DNA of 64,000 nt from Thalia democratica (Eukaryota): positions 54,312,001-54,376,000 of the forward strand of contig OZ241828.1 in assembly GCA_965202585.1 (NCBI GenBank), read 5' to 3'. Below are positions 23,030-37,900 of this stretch, piece after piece. Each line of letters opens with the position of its first letter. Positions within the stretch are counted from its first letter, which is position 1. Made by a program: the position numbers and the translations under genes. The notes beneath the pieces were generated by a model, which worked only from the letters and a program-made list of their open reading frames with translations, searched no databases and was not told where the DNA came from.

Positions 23030-26000
23030 TTAAAATAAAAACTTGTCAAAATTTATGAGTACAGGCTCAAGTTTGAGGAAGTCTCTGGATCCCAAATTTG
23101 TATCTTTGAGAAAGCTAATAAAACTTGCAGCTTTCAAACAGCAAACCTTGGCACAATTTCCACTTTCGGTTAACAAAATTGTTTTAAATTCTTCTTCTCT
23201 AAAAATTATAACAAATTATTAATAAACTTCATAAAAAATTCTATTGAATTTGAAATTATCAAAGTTACCTTTCGTATTAGCTTAAAAAAAACTATTTCTA
23301 TGTCATTTAGGCTTTGTATAAACTTTAAATCATTGATCGTAATTTGTCCTAAGAAAACTTATACTTTACAAAAAGAACTTAATATTTATAAATATTTTAA
23401 AATAGATTCAATAACATATTATTAAAAATTGTACTTTAATCAAGAAAATATTGTACTACTTACATATGTTACTAAACAACTATTTTTAAAATAAAATAAT
23501 TCAAGTATAACAAATTATATTTACTAAACTAATCTATTATAAATTTTAGTCTCTGAACAGAATAGTTTTCTATTATACAACTAAATTATAAATAGAACCT
23601 GTGCAAGCTCAATAGTTTTATGTCTGTCACCAGATTACGAGCGTGAATAACTTGGAGCAAGTAGCTTGATCTGCGGGGCCACTGTCGACACATTATTACG
23701 TAATAAACTAGTTTGCTCACGTCACAATGAACTACACCACCTCTCTTGACAGCATTTTCCAAAACTGCAGATTACTTTATCGATTAATAAAAGCTTATCT
23801 TGTACCTGATTGTGTTACTATTATAAATACGTCACCAAAATAGATTTAATATGTATTTATTTTGATTATAATTAATTATAAACTTTTTATATATACAGAT
23901 CCAGCTTACTCAGTTTCGGCTATTTAAGTCGTATTATTTTATAGCACGAGCTGGTATATTATTGCCTGGTAATTGTTCAATAAGTTCTGAAGGAATTCTT
24001 AATTTAATTTTTAAATAAGATAGAACAAATACTAGTTTTATAGGTTAATTAAGTTTTTGTTCTTTAAAAAATCAAACCAATTTTAATGGGAACGATTTAA
24101 ATTAAAGCTTGAGAAGTTTTTGCGTTTACCGGCAGTATGTTGTCATATAAACTTAACTTATTAGTAAAATTCACAACTTAATACCCTGATACAAAGATAA
24201 AGGCTTGCTTCATATCGAGATGAATTTTTTTTTAAATTTTTTAAATCAAGTTCTGTATAAAAACTAATTTAAAAATACGTTACTAAATACTTGAAAAACT
24301 TTCATTTATTCCAAAAAATCATTTACATCCCGAAAAAAAAGATTAGAGTTGCAAAAGCAAACTTTTTTTTAGAAAATAACATTAGGAAAATGCAGTTTTA
24401 AGTGCTGATAGACTTTCTTATTATGAGCATATTTATATAAAATATCCCAAATTTTCCAGACTTTTTTATTTGTTCCCTACTTTAACTAATTTTGTCTTTT
24501 TTTTTGTTTTTCCTGACTTTCGTGACTTTGTGGCAACCATGAAGATGCTATTTCGATACAACTTAATGCACAATTCTGTTTACAAATAGTACCTCTAAAA
24601 TAAAAGATTCCTAAATTCAAGTGGTTTTAAAACGTAAACATTCTGGTACATTATCTCTTAAGACTAGACGCATGTCTTGAGTAAAACCCCATAGAATTTA
24701 CAACAGCCAGAATAAAAATAATCACTTAATGACAACTATGCTCTGATAAACACTTAAAGTTTTTACCAGGCACGTAGCTTGGTACGTTTCTGCAAAAACG
24801 CATATTTATGTGTGCAAAAACTTGCTTTTATTTCAGCTTGAAAAGACTCTGCTTTTTTAGCTTTTAGTATTCATTTATACTTAGTTATGCACTCCTGAGA
24901 GAAAATTCTGACATATATGTATTCTTTAGCACTTTTAGTGTAGTAAATATTAAACGAATTAAATATACATCTAATTTGTGTACATTTAGCGCATTAAAGA
25001 TTTAATTGGTCAAAAAGCTGCATTGCAAAATTGATTCTAATGAAAGCTGTAGCTTTTTCATTATCTAATGTTACAAAAATTTGCATAATTTAATCTTGTA
25101 AATTATTGACTACGTTGTTAAATGTTTGATTTTGAAAACAATATAAATGTTTTTGAGTTAAATTGTGATTTTCTTATACTTAATTTTTTTTTGTAAGTTT
25201 TTTGGGTTTACACAAGTGGCAACACATAAAGAGTCATAGGGGGTGTGAAGCAAAATAAATTGCCTTGTATTCAGTTATCACTTATACTTCAACATTCAAT
25301 TTTTGAAGTATTAACATAACTGCATATTAATTAGAGGTAGTTTAAATTGCTGTGTTCCCGCTAGGACGTTATCACGCGTCATTTTAGATATTTAATTTTT
25401 GCAGATTCATAACTTTTTTGAGCTAGCTACGTCCCTGGCTTTTACTATTAGTAATGCTGATCGTTAAATAGACATTAATTAAAAAGAAAATTTTCTTATT
25501 TTACTTACCAAATAAAGTCAAATTGATCAAGAATTTGTGCTTAAAGTTATAAACTTCTAATTAAAGCGGATAATTTTACTAAGTAGTCTACATAGTAAGA
25601 GTCTAAGACTCTTTTGTGTTATGTTTAGAGATTTTTATTGGTTTGTTGTAAAACCTACTTTTAAGTTCAACTAAAATTTATTTATAGTTTAAATAGCTGT
25701 TAAGTATATATTTGCTGCTTTACAAATGAACGGAATCATTTTTGCACAAGATCTAAATGTTCTGACCAAGAATTTTTGTTGTTTAATTTTTTTTTTAAAG
25801 TTGTTTTACAGTATAAAATAATTATTTTTTAAAATTTTAAAACTGGAATTTTTGATAAAAATAAAGTGAAAAATTGTTGTTTCGTGTAAAAAATTCGCTC
25901 AGTGAAAAATTGAAGCTCATGCGTTTATACACAGATGGTGTATATTAAAAAATACCGTTCAAAGTTTGATAAAAATCAAATAGAAAGTTTTAGTTAAAAT

Positions 26001-28940
26001 CGTCTGAACGATTGCTGTTTCTACAACCAAGGTATTATTAAAAACATGAGTATTTTAAAATACAACTTTACTTACTGTTAGGCGAACGAAGCATCAAAAT
26101 ATTCTGCCGTTCAACTCTCTGTGTCGAGTTAATACTAATAAATTTTCGTTAAAGTCTAAATGAATAAAAAGTTACCAAGTCATAAAAAAACAGAAGTTTA
26201 TTTAATTCTTCATTATAAATACTTAAATGAGACTTAAAAACTATGCTAACTTAAAAAGCTTTAAAATATCTGCAGTAAGAAACATTAAAATGTATATAAT
26301 ACAAATAACTTGTTAATGTAATAGTTAAAACGCATAAAGATAACAAAGTGAAAACATTATAGTACAAAATTATTTATACAAATATAAAAGTACTTAAAAA
26401 TAAAAGAAAATTAAATATACTAACACGTTTTTGAATAGCAAATATAAGTTGACAAGAAATGTTGAGGTCATTAAAAATTCTTTTCAAAGTTCTGGGATTT
26501 TCATTCAAGTATTTTGACAACGATTCATCTTGAATTAGAAATTTCCTTGCAAATTTTTTATTTAGTTTAATTATAGCCAATGTTGTTTTCATAGCAATAT
26601 AAGCTGTTAATTTAAGCAAGCTAAATCACGAGATTTTGTTATTGTAGTTAGAAAAAACAAATTCAAGTGCGACACTGATTACCTATTTACACTTCCAATT
26701 CAAAGTTATTAGTAAGCATATTCTATAATTTTAACACATCAAAACAAATTTCAAATTAAAGTAACAGTTAAATCTTAAGAAATCTTAACAAATTTAAAAT
26801 GTTTTTTTTTAGTTAAAACCACACTAAATTTCTTAACTTTTAGGATAAAATAATTGGGTGTTAAATTCTTTTAAAATACTATCTAAAAATATTGTACGAT
26901 TAAATTATAAAATTTTAATTTTACAGCTGTATAAAAAAAAGTTTTTTTTTTCAAACTTAATTAAATATATCAAAAGCTTCTATTTTTTTCAATTTAGAAC
27001 CTTAAACATAAAAGTATATATTAACTGCAAAAAATGCAAACATTTCAGATTCAAGACTTACTTTTGTTTATTTATGTGCTTAAAAATATTTTACTTAAGA
27101 AATAAATTTTCGTTTATGCTAATACTGCTTGGAATCATAAAAACACCTAATATAACAACAAAATATTTTGAGCAGAAAACTTAACAGAAACTTTATCCTG
27201 GCTTATTTTGAAACGTTGAATGAAATTTTTAAATTATGTTTTGTTGTTAGTAAAAATTTAATAATAATTAACTAAAAACAGTACAGTAAAATATAAAATT
27301 AACTAATAAAACCAGAATACAAGCCTTAAAATTTTGGATTGAATTCAAATGGTTGAAACAATACAGTAATGATCATATAAAAACCTGCATTCAAAGAAGA
27401 AACGTTTAGAATTTAGAAATCGATTGCAATTTGCAGTGTCAACTTCACAATGGTTATCTCCATTACCGTCCTTTGAATTTCTATAAAAAATTGATTATTA
27501 AATTTATTTAATCAATAATTTTAAAATAGCTAGCTTTCAAAGTTAGTTACTTTTAGAAGATAAGCTCTTATGTTGGTAACCTTTTTCATAATAGAAAATA
27601 GCAAAAATTTTGTTTTATGTAGCAAATAGTTCAAGGTTACTTACCAAAATTAATGACATAATTAAATAGTTTTGATAGATAAGTAAAGGAATACGTAAAC
27701 TTAAAAAAAAAAACTTGGTTATGCAAATTATTTATGTTAATGCTTTAGAAAGTTTAAAAGTTTAACAAATATGTGAACATAATGTTGGAGTGTTTATTGT
27801 TTAATAAAAAAACACTACTAAACAATTGTAATCAACTAAGTAAAGTCTGTTTTAAAAAACTGTCATGACTTATTTACAGTAGCAATCATAAAAAAGTATA
27901 AGCCAAATTCTCAGGGGTAAATACATATATCCAAAATAAAAATAAGTTAGACAAGATAAATTGTATTTATTTAATAAAACTAATTATGAATTTAAAAAAA
28001 GTACTTAACTTACATTTTGCCATCTCCACAATTTTTAACTTCTTTATTATGACTTGTAGTCGTTATACTATTTTCTGCTAAAAATATTTGAAATTAACAT
28101 AATGTTAATTTAGATAGTAAATGAATCTGTTCAGCGTTTCAATAGTTTTAAAACTTGTTATAAAAGTTATAGAGACACTCAACAATTTAAATCAATCTAC
28201 CTCTAGTCAAACTTTTAGAAGTAACTTGCATAGTAACGTCAAAATGAGATTCATGAAGGTCATTCAAAAGTCCCGAAAGAAAAATTTGCTTCTCTTTGTT
28301 TGCTAACTGAAATTGATAATCTGATTAAAACTTTTATCTAGCACTTTCATTATTGTCAAACATAAAAAAATATCTATAGTTACCACTAGAACATAAAAAA
28401 ATCATATATTGTTTGAATACTTTAAAATTTGATAAGTTTATCATTGATTTTAATCTTTTATTAGATAAAACATTTCGAAGCTATTCAAAGTATCTATAAA
28501 AAAAAAACATCAGCTAAAAGATTTAGTTAAACTACTTTAGGCAGGTAAAAGGGAACGTTTATTATTTTGTCCAAATACTTTTCTTTCACCTGTCTCTCCT
28601 GCAAAAGAGGTTGTTTGTCTGACGCGGGGCAAACTTGAAACGCCAACTCGGCGAGTTTGGGGTCAACCGCGATGATGCTGACAAATGGCGAGTGCTGATT
28701 GGACAATAAAATGTGGACCGATTCGAGCAGGGATTTAATTTTTGGCATGGGGCACCGGTCGAGATCGTCGATTGATATGACGACTTTGTAGTCGACGCCT
28801 TCGATCGTTCGCACCACTTGCAGCAGATGCTCTAATATTTCCACCTGTGAATGTTTCACTCAAGTTTAGTGGCTGTGACTAAATTCAGGGTTCGTGCGCA
28901 AATTTTTTTTCATTGAGCCTGACTGAGAACAATTTAGCCA

Positions 28941-28979
<39 letters not shown>

Positions 28980-31900
28980 TAATAAAACACTATGTTTTCA
29001 AATACAATTGTTTCACTGCTCTGTTTAACAGAACAGCTCTTCAGTTTGTCCATTATGATAATTATACTAATGTGATAATGTTTACTATATATCAATAAAT
29101 AAAAAATATTATGTCATAATTTAACCTCAGATTTTACTTTGTACATGAAGCCAAGCTGTTTGGCGAAACTCTCAGTTGAGTTGTCCAGGGTTCTGTTGAA
29201 ACGACGCACCTGGGACTGAAGCGTTGCCATGGCAAGTTTGAAAACAACCAATAAGGAGGCTGATACGGGTGGTAACCATGACAACAGTTGAACATGTACT
29301 GGCACTTCACGACCGTTCTGGTGATAATACATTATATTGAGATTTTTATATTTAAAAACATACTTTTATTTTTAAAGTTGTACAACAAAAGTATCAAGTG
29401 TTTAGCTTAAAGTTTGTCAAAAAACGTTGTTGAAAACTTAAAACTACAAATCAATGATCAATTTAATAATCATCAGACACACAACAATATAAAATTAAAT
29501 TAATTTTGGGAAGCCGAATTTAATTCAGCAAAAGAATTTTTATGAATAATACTTTCAAATTATCAAAAAAATAGTTTTTAATTTTAACTTATTTCATACT
29601 ATCATAAAGGTGCATAAAAATTCAACACTTATTTTAAAAAATCATCTTTTTTTTTCAAAATCTAATAACACATACAATAAATATACTTATTAGAAAATAA
29701 AGTTTTATATATGTATTTTTCTTGTTTATTTTCAAAACTATTTGAAAAAATGTATTGCTTTCTCATTTTTTCTAATATATATGCAATCAAAAATCTTTTA
29801 AACTTTCATAAAGCAAACTAGTCAGATATGAAACAATTTTTTGTACCACATCTAGCAATAAAATCTAAAAATTTGTGTTTATTTATAATTTATTATGACA
29901 AAACGAAGTATTTCTAGAAACAGGGTGGCCAATTGTTTTTAATAAATTTTTCCAAGATTTTTTAAGTACACGTTTTTGGGTCTAATTTTAGTTTTAAATT
30001 AAGTATAAGGTAAAAACTGTGTCAAATAGTATAACAACATTGAAAATATACTGTAAGCTACTTTTAATGTGTATTTTAATAAAAAAAGCTTTGATAATGA
30101 CAATTTTTTTTATCTATTATACTATAGACTTTTTGCGTCAAATCAAAGTTTTACTATGAGCATATAAAAGTTGTTTAAAACTCCAAGTTTTTTGTTGATT
30201 ATTAATCTAAATTCCAATTTTCTCTGTTTTTTTTCAAAATTTCTTAAATTTATGGTTTTTCGAGGATTCAATGTTTTTTAGCCACCCTTTAGAAATAAAT
30301 AGTTCGTTATATATATTTAGTTTTTAGTCTATAAATGACTTACTATGATTAAAAATAATTTTAAATTGTACTACCTCTGGGTTAGTAGCTTTGAAAAGCA
30401 ATTATCAACAATTATTTTATCAAAATTTATTTACATTAGAAGCTTGAAATTTGGTTGGAAAGTATAAGTTCACAGGATTTTAAAATATTTCAATACTAAG
30501 TTTAAGACTAAAATTTTTAAATAAAACTAAAACACTTAAACTTTTATATCAAACTAAACATCAGTTTGCACAGCAAAGTGAAATAAAAAATTACAATACA
30601 AAATTTGAAAACCAACATTGATTACCTCAAAAGGCCTTTAAGAAGCCACTTAAGTTTGTTAGATTTAGCAAACAAAGTATTCACAAGTATAAACTCATTA
30701 ATTGGAAAATTTTAAACTAGCAATGTAATAAAAACTAGCAAGGTAAAACAGTCTTAAGAATTCATCAATAAAAACAAGAACTTAAAAAACAAATTAAAAT
30801 ATCAAGTTATATAATATGAAAATATAAAGGTAAACCTTGAAGAGATTTTAGCGAAAATCGAAAGCAATGTAAACGTAATGTGTTTTATATAATTGTTATT
30901 AATTGTTATTTGTTTCCTTGTTTTTTTGACTAAATAACTTGATAATTCACATTTATGATTATCAATGTAATTAGCATTGTTAAACTAAGTGAAACATTAT
31001 GAATTTTTAGAGAGATTTGTACAAAGTTCCATAACTTCCATGAATCTAGATTTTATAACCACCACCTTGCATATCGTACTGCCTTTTTAGTTAAGACTTT
31101 TCTCCAAAATTTCCGAAAAATTTTCTGATTAAGTAGCAAATATGTAAAAACATATTGCTTAATTTTTAAACATAAATGATGCTGTTACAACTAACTCTTA
31201 TGACATCCAGATTGAGATGAGCGACCAAGGAGTTGACGGCGAACGGGAAGCAGAGAAGTGAAAATGCGAATACAAAGCATGCCAACACTAGAGGGATTCC
31301 ACAACAGATTCGTTTCGGATGACTGACCATGTGTGCGAACAAGGACTTGGTGACCAGCTGGTACTCACTAAAATAAAATGTCAACTGTTTTATTTGTGTC
31401 AGAAACTAATTTATTGACTTTTTCAGGGTTGCTACTCATTTTTTCCAAATTTTTTCCAGGTTTTTCAAATTTCATCCAGGTTTTTAAAAGTACACATTTT
31501 TGGGTCTATTTTTAGTTAAAAATAAAGTTAAAGATAAGAAACTGTGTTAAATAGTATAAAAACATTGAAAAAATACTGTAAAGCTACTTCATTAATGTTT
31601 TTTAATAAAAAAAAATTTGATGATGACAAATTTTTTTAATTATATGATAAATTTTTTGAGTCAAATCGAATTTTTACAAATAAAAATGGGAAAGTTGTTA
31701 AAATTCCAGGTTTTTTTCAAAATTTCTCAAATTCTAGGTTTTTAGTTTAAATACTTCCAGGTAAAGTGGCACTCTGTTTTAAAAAAACATATCAAGACAA
31801 ACAAAAAACTGGTAAGTTATTAGCTTTTTTTAACTACTAATTTAATTACTAATAAATTTGATCGTAAATTTTCAAATTTTATAAACATAACCGTACAAAT

Positions 31901-34900
31901 AAAGATAGAGTGCTAGTTTTTTTTTTGTATAGAAATGCATAAAATAATACTGCATTTATTTGCTACTGCTGTGTAATGATTATGGTTGTAAAAACTAAAA
32001 TTTATTAAAAATATTTTTGGATAATTGGTTATTGTTTGCTGACTGTGATACTCTATTATAACAAAAAATTATTTCAAAATTACAAGAAAAAGCATATTTG
32101 AATAAGTTGTACCTACAGAGATAAAAATGTTACTAAAAAATCTGAAATTTAAAAAGTATATAAAAAGAAAAATGTTAAAACAGTTTATAGCCAAAACTAT
32201 TTTAGGAATAATACTGTACAAATACTTCATTTAAACTGTTTTATTAATCGCGGCTAACTAAAAAAATACTGTTACATAATAAAAATGTAAAATTACTATT
32301 TTTAAAACTTTAAAATAAAAATATTCTTACACATAAAAATTAGAACTTAAGTGTTAAAAATTAAGGCCACAGGAGGGTAAAGATGGATTTTTTTTACAAG
32401 TTGGTCTAGTGTTTTTTTTGTTAAGCGCTAGTTGCTTTTTACTACTTTCTTAAAGTATAAATAACTTTTGAGATATGGCGAAACAAAGCTAGATAGTTCA
32501 AAAGATTCTTAGTGTAATTAGCAAAGTAAAATGATAGAAAAGAGTTTTTCATTAAGTATATATTTTTTCTTACAGTTTTTTCAGCCTAGTATCTTAAATA
32601 ACTTAAACAATTTTATTAGTTAGTTAAATAGTTTTATCTTAAGTAATGCTGTTAAAATGATATTAGTCAAAAAATACTTAATTTTATTATTTTGAAGATG
32701 CTACAGCATGACTTTTTATAATCATGCAACAAACTTTTCCTAAAAATTGAGGTTTTAGCATAAAGAGCCAAGAATGATGTAGATATTTAGTGAACTTATA
32801 AAAACTAAGAAAAATGATCATTGAATTTTTCTTTGAAGGCTTGTATCAACAACTTTTTACAAAAGTTAAATGAAAAGTTTATGTTTTATATAAAGTATCC
32901 TATAGTTAATAGTTTTTAAATAAGCAAAAAACGCAGATAAATGTAAAAAATATGACTGACTTCCGTATGGCCTTAATCTATAAAATAATGATAAAATATT
33001 AATTATTATTTATAGTTCTACGAAATTCACAAAAATCATTTACACTTAAAAAAAATTAGCTATTCTTTACTTTTTTTTAATTTACAATCTTTAAACTTAT
33101 TTTGAACAAAGTAAACAAAAACTACCAAACTATTCATGAATTTAATTACAAGATTTTTTTAAATAATTAGTTGAAGTTTATTACCAAAAAAAGAATTATC
33201 AAAGTACGTAACAAACCATAAAAACAACAATATAAAAAAGCTGGATAAAATTTTGACAAAACTTAAGAAAAACATTAAGAATTTACTTGTTTTCATTTGA
33301 AGCAACTGATTGAGGAAGTTCTGTAGAAGTCGTATCTTCCTGGGTGACTTGATTCGCGCTGCTTCGTTCAAGCTTGCTCATTCGAACCATGCAGTTGCCC
33401 CTCTTTTTACTCGCACACTCAACCCTCACACCGGAAAGCTTCATTTCATCGAGGAAATTTTTGGCCTCATCCGCTTTGCTGAAAGTAATTTTACAAGAAC
33501 CGGGAGCAGAAAAGGCGCAAAAATCCACTTTTCCGTAACTTCTCGCCACTTTGGCGACATGCTCAACGTCCAAGTTTTTGTTTGCCGAATGCAAAATGAT
33601 CGATTTGTTTTTAGAACCTCTGTTTTAATATAATTTTGAACAAATTGAAGTATTGAACAATCGTATTAGACTTACATAACAACTTAAAATAAAAAATTAT
33701 GTTTTCTTTCTTAAGTTGATCTGTAACAAAGTTAAAAATCAAATGGACAAGTGTAGACACAACGTAGAATCGATTTATTTCAGCAGAACAAATATAACAA
33801 CATTGATGCTTTGATAATTTTCAATTAAATGAAAAGATTTATAAAAAAACTTCTTAAAACCAGCTTAAACTTTTTCGATTTAGGTTTATACTTCTCAACT
33901 GTAAGTGTTCTGAACAGCCTAGTTGCAATCACACCGATCTTTTGTTCAACTTCATCCATTATGCCAGTGATGATGGCTGCCCATAAAATATCGCTTCCTG
34001 AGTACTGCCACGCCGAAAACTTCACAAATATAAATTTTCTCAGCGCTGGTCGCCTAAAAATATTGACTATTATTGAAAACAAGTAAAAAATATAGGTTAT
34101 AATTAAAAATAAGCTCCAAATTTTTTTTTAGATTAACTTTATAGTAACAAAAAGAGTTGAAATAGACATGATATAACAAATTTTGTAAGCATTATTTATT
34201 TATATCTACAAGGAAAAACCAGTCAAATTGTAAATTAGAAACTTAAACAAAAAAAAAAAACTTTTAGTAAATTTTTGTTTCATTACATGATATACTAGAT
34301 TCCGAAGTAACTTAAGAAGGACATTGAATAACATTAAAATAAAGTAAATTGTAAAGCAGTGGCTTTGGAAGATATTCTCTTATAGCAGGGTAGACACTGG
34401 TTTTTGAGAATTTTTTTCCAGGTTTTAAAAAGTACACGATTTTGGGTCTATGTTTAGTTTAAATTTAAGTTTAAGGTAAAAATTGTGCTAAATAGTATAC
34501 CAACATTAAATGGATACTATAAAGTTACTTTAAATGTGTTTTTCAACAAAAATAAAAAATAGTTTTTGATGAAGACCATTTTTTCTATCTTTATGATAAA
34601 CGTTTTGTGTCAAATTGTATTTTATTACTTTACATTTAAAAATTTTTTTTAACTCCAGGCTTTTAAGTGGTTTTTGTTCAAAATTGCATAATTTTCCAGT
34701 CTTTTTTTTAAATTATTTTTTAATTTCCAGGCTTTTTTAGCCTAAATTGTCAAATTCAAAGCTTTTCTAGGATTCCAGGTTTGATGGCCACCCTCTTTAA
34801 CATAAATTACTCTAAAAAAATAAGCATCAATCTTTAATTATAACTACTATAGTAAACTGTATTTAAAGTAAGTTTAATTAAAAGTGTTTAATTAACTAAA

Positions 34901-37900
34901 TGATACTCATAAAATAAATTTGTATTTTGTAGCTTTTTTCAGGATTTCAAAACAGTTATAAAATTAATCAGAGAAAAAGATTGAAAAAAAAAACTTTTGC
35001 TAAACTTTAAACTATGTATTTTTAAATTTATACAAATAATAATCATAAAAAAATAGTTTAAAAATAAGAAACTAATTTTTGAAAGAATTTGTCACTCAAA
35101 ACTTTATTTTATAAAAATACTACAAATGATTTAAAGAATTTTAAAGCAATTTTAGTAAAAACTCTTTAAAAAATATCTATTTAGAATAAAAGTTGTATTC
35201 AAATGAAAAAAAAAGGTATAAGCCAAGCTATTACAAAAAACAAACCTAATATGTCGGTCAAAAGTTTCTGTGTGAGAAAACTCAAACAAAGTTTTGCTCG
35301 AGTCAATCAGCGACCCGTTCAAAGTTTCAACTCCTCTGTTAAGCGGTGGCAGCTTCGTGAAAGCCACAAAGAAAATCAACCTGAACACCCGCACTGCGCT
35401 TGCAACGCAACTTGAGTGGCAGAGAAGAGCCACGAGGAAAAGCAACATTATCAGCGTCACCGTGGAAAGGAAAACCACGACGAGGTTGTAACGGATCCGC
35501 TGAATTTCCGTCTCCTTGGCAACCTTCATCTTGTCATCCACTGATTGGCTGGAATTTCTGTTGATCAACCTCCATATTTTGTACTCGCTTCTCGGCGTGT
35601 AGGTGATTACGGCCAAGCTGGCAACGAACAAGCTGACGATGATCGCTGCCAGCAAGTAGAAGAAGCAGTGCAACCTTCTCTTCTTCTCGTGTCTAGCCGG
35701 ATGCTTGAAAGTAATTTTTTCACACTCCTTTTCCAGTTTCTTCAAAAAACCTTTCATTTTTTTTCAAATATTAGAAGTTAACAAAATAAGTAGCTTAGAA
35801 GTTTTAGGAAAAATTTGATAACTTAAAAATCAGTAAACTTTTTAAGACTCTTTAACACGTTGTTTTTAAGCAATTAGTCTAACTTATTTTGATTTTGGTA
35901 AGTCTAATTTTTTAATTTTATTTGTTTTTTTTGGTGATTTAATGTTGTGAGTCCTTTTTTTTGTAGACTAGAGAAAACCTAGTTTAATGGAAATTAGGTT
36001 TTATGTAATACTACTTATAAGCATCACAATTTGAAATTAACTTTTCTTTAACCTTAAATTGGTTAAAAAATGCTAACAGTTCAAAAAAAAAAAACGTTTA
36101 ATTAACTTAAAGCACAAAGACTATCTAAAGTTCAAAATTAAACTTTTTTAAAGGTGAATATAGAATAAATTAGTAAGGGACCAAACTACTATATTTAAAT
36201 ATAAAAATAAATTACAGGAACATTAGGTATACATCAAGTAACCACTCATTTTATTTACTAATAAATATACTAATGCACTTTTTAACTTTTTTATGCAACT
36301 AATTTTTGTAACATGATTTTTTGTTCAAAAACAAAAGAATCAATTTCTTAAATGATGATAATGAAAACTTTTTATTAAATTTTAACAAGCATCAGCTAAG
36401 TTACATCATTATTTTAACAAAAACAAATAATAAAAATAATAAACACACATAAATCACCAAAAAAAAACATATTAAGAAGGTTATACATATTGTTTTATCA
36501 AGTAGAATATAACCTAATGTTAGTAATCATAATCTAAAATTTATATTTCAAACACCACTTTTGATTAAAGCTAAACTTAACTACTTATGAAACACTAAAG
36601 TTTCTCATAAAAATTAAGTTTAGTTTTTTTTAATGTTAAACACATTAAAATTTTATTCTTTAAAATCGGCTTTTCAGTGAGATTATTATTGTATATAGAT
36701 AAACAAAGATATTTCGAAATTTTTGATATCTACAGTTTTAAAGATTTGACCATATGTATGTTTTTTATACAAATTTATAGACTTTACAATTCAGCAAAAA
36801 CATCACGGGCTGACTATCTATTTTACTATTGAATATGTAAAACATTAGATATAAAATTTCTAACTTATTTCACATAGCAGTTTAAATAAAACCTGTAGCC
36901 ACGGTTACTATAGGTTTTTGAAAGTATTTTCAATATAAAATTAAATTTAGTTTAAAAACTGTCTTAAATAGTATGAAAAGATACTGTGATGCTTTTTAAA
37001 ATCAGTTTACAGCTAGTAAATTTAAATAACACAAAAAAAAAGTAAATTATAGATCTTGTGTATCTACTATAAATTGTTTTATATGTTAAAATTCTTTAAA
37101 ATTAAAGAGTTTTCCAGAAATTTATGTTTAAAGTACATGTTCTTCAAGGTTTATTGGCAAACTGTGTAGCTGTCCAAAGCAGTGTTTAATATTTTTATGT
37201 GTAGCTGCAGTAAAACTCACTGTTATAAAAATAACATTTTGTAAAATTTAATGACAAGAATAACATAACAGGTTATAAAAAACAACAGGACCTTAATGTG
37301 TTTTATAGTTTACTTTTTTGTTTTCAACAATAAAATATATTTTGTATTGTGACTAAATAGTGAAAATTAAACTAAACTTATACAATAAAAGTAATATTGT
37401 TGGTATTAAATGAATTTTCAATTAAAAAAAATTTGTATGTTAACTGTTTTTTAGTTTTTTTTAAGGACCTATGTGTAAAATATAAGTTAAGTCTATACTA
37501 AAAAAGGAATCCATCAAACAGAGCTGGTCTTTCCACAGTCAAGTGGTGATTGGTTTTGCAAGTTATAAAAAACTAAAAATGCTTAAAATTACTTTACTAT
37601 ATATCAAAATTGTGAGAGAATATTTTTCTAGAATTTTGTACAAAAATTCGATGTTTTTTCTCGGTATTTTTGAAATTTCTTGAACTCCAGGTTTTTAAAA
37701 TATTTTTTGCATACATTTAAAAAATTAAGGTTTTATGGGAGCCCTGTGTTTGAAATCTCACTTCTGTTTTGTTTTTAAATCAATATTTATAAAATTCTGA
37801 TAACTACTTTATAACATTAAAGTAATTTAGTTAAAGAAAATTTATTCAATTATGAAAATGAATATTTATTGAAAAAACTTGTTTTTTTATTATCTACATA

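Noticed and set aside
25680-26020. Extra NTPase exons between 26076 and 23764
   Set aside because: Candidate acceptors give stops in the required phase, and the direct 26076->23764 junction is in frame and restores the expected QWP motif spacing.
26858-27184. 108-aa plus-strand ORF and similar K/F/I/L/N-rich short ORFs (6576, 17005, 21747, 28913, 53306, 61119, 62861)
   Set aside because: Low-complexity products of AT-rich intron or TE DNA; no splice-phase fit or family motif.
35751-35757. ATG at 35757 as the true NTPase start (P-loop-less gene)
   Set aside because: Walker A and start exons were found upstream (42230-42066, 43364-43319) and splice in phase to 35750. Kept only as a possible alternative start.
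33310-35781. Plus-strand ORFs 33310-33633, 33829-34086, 35203-35415, 35294-35491, 35545-35781 (also 28121-28306, 50974-51316, 10288-10524)
   Set aside because: Antisense shadows of the minus-strand exons; no motifs.
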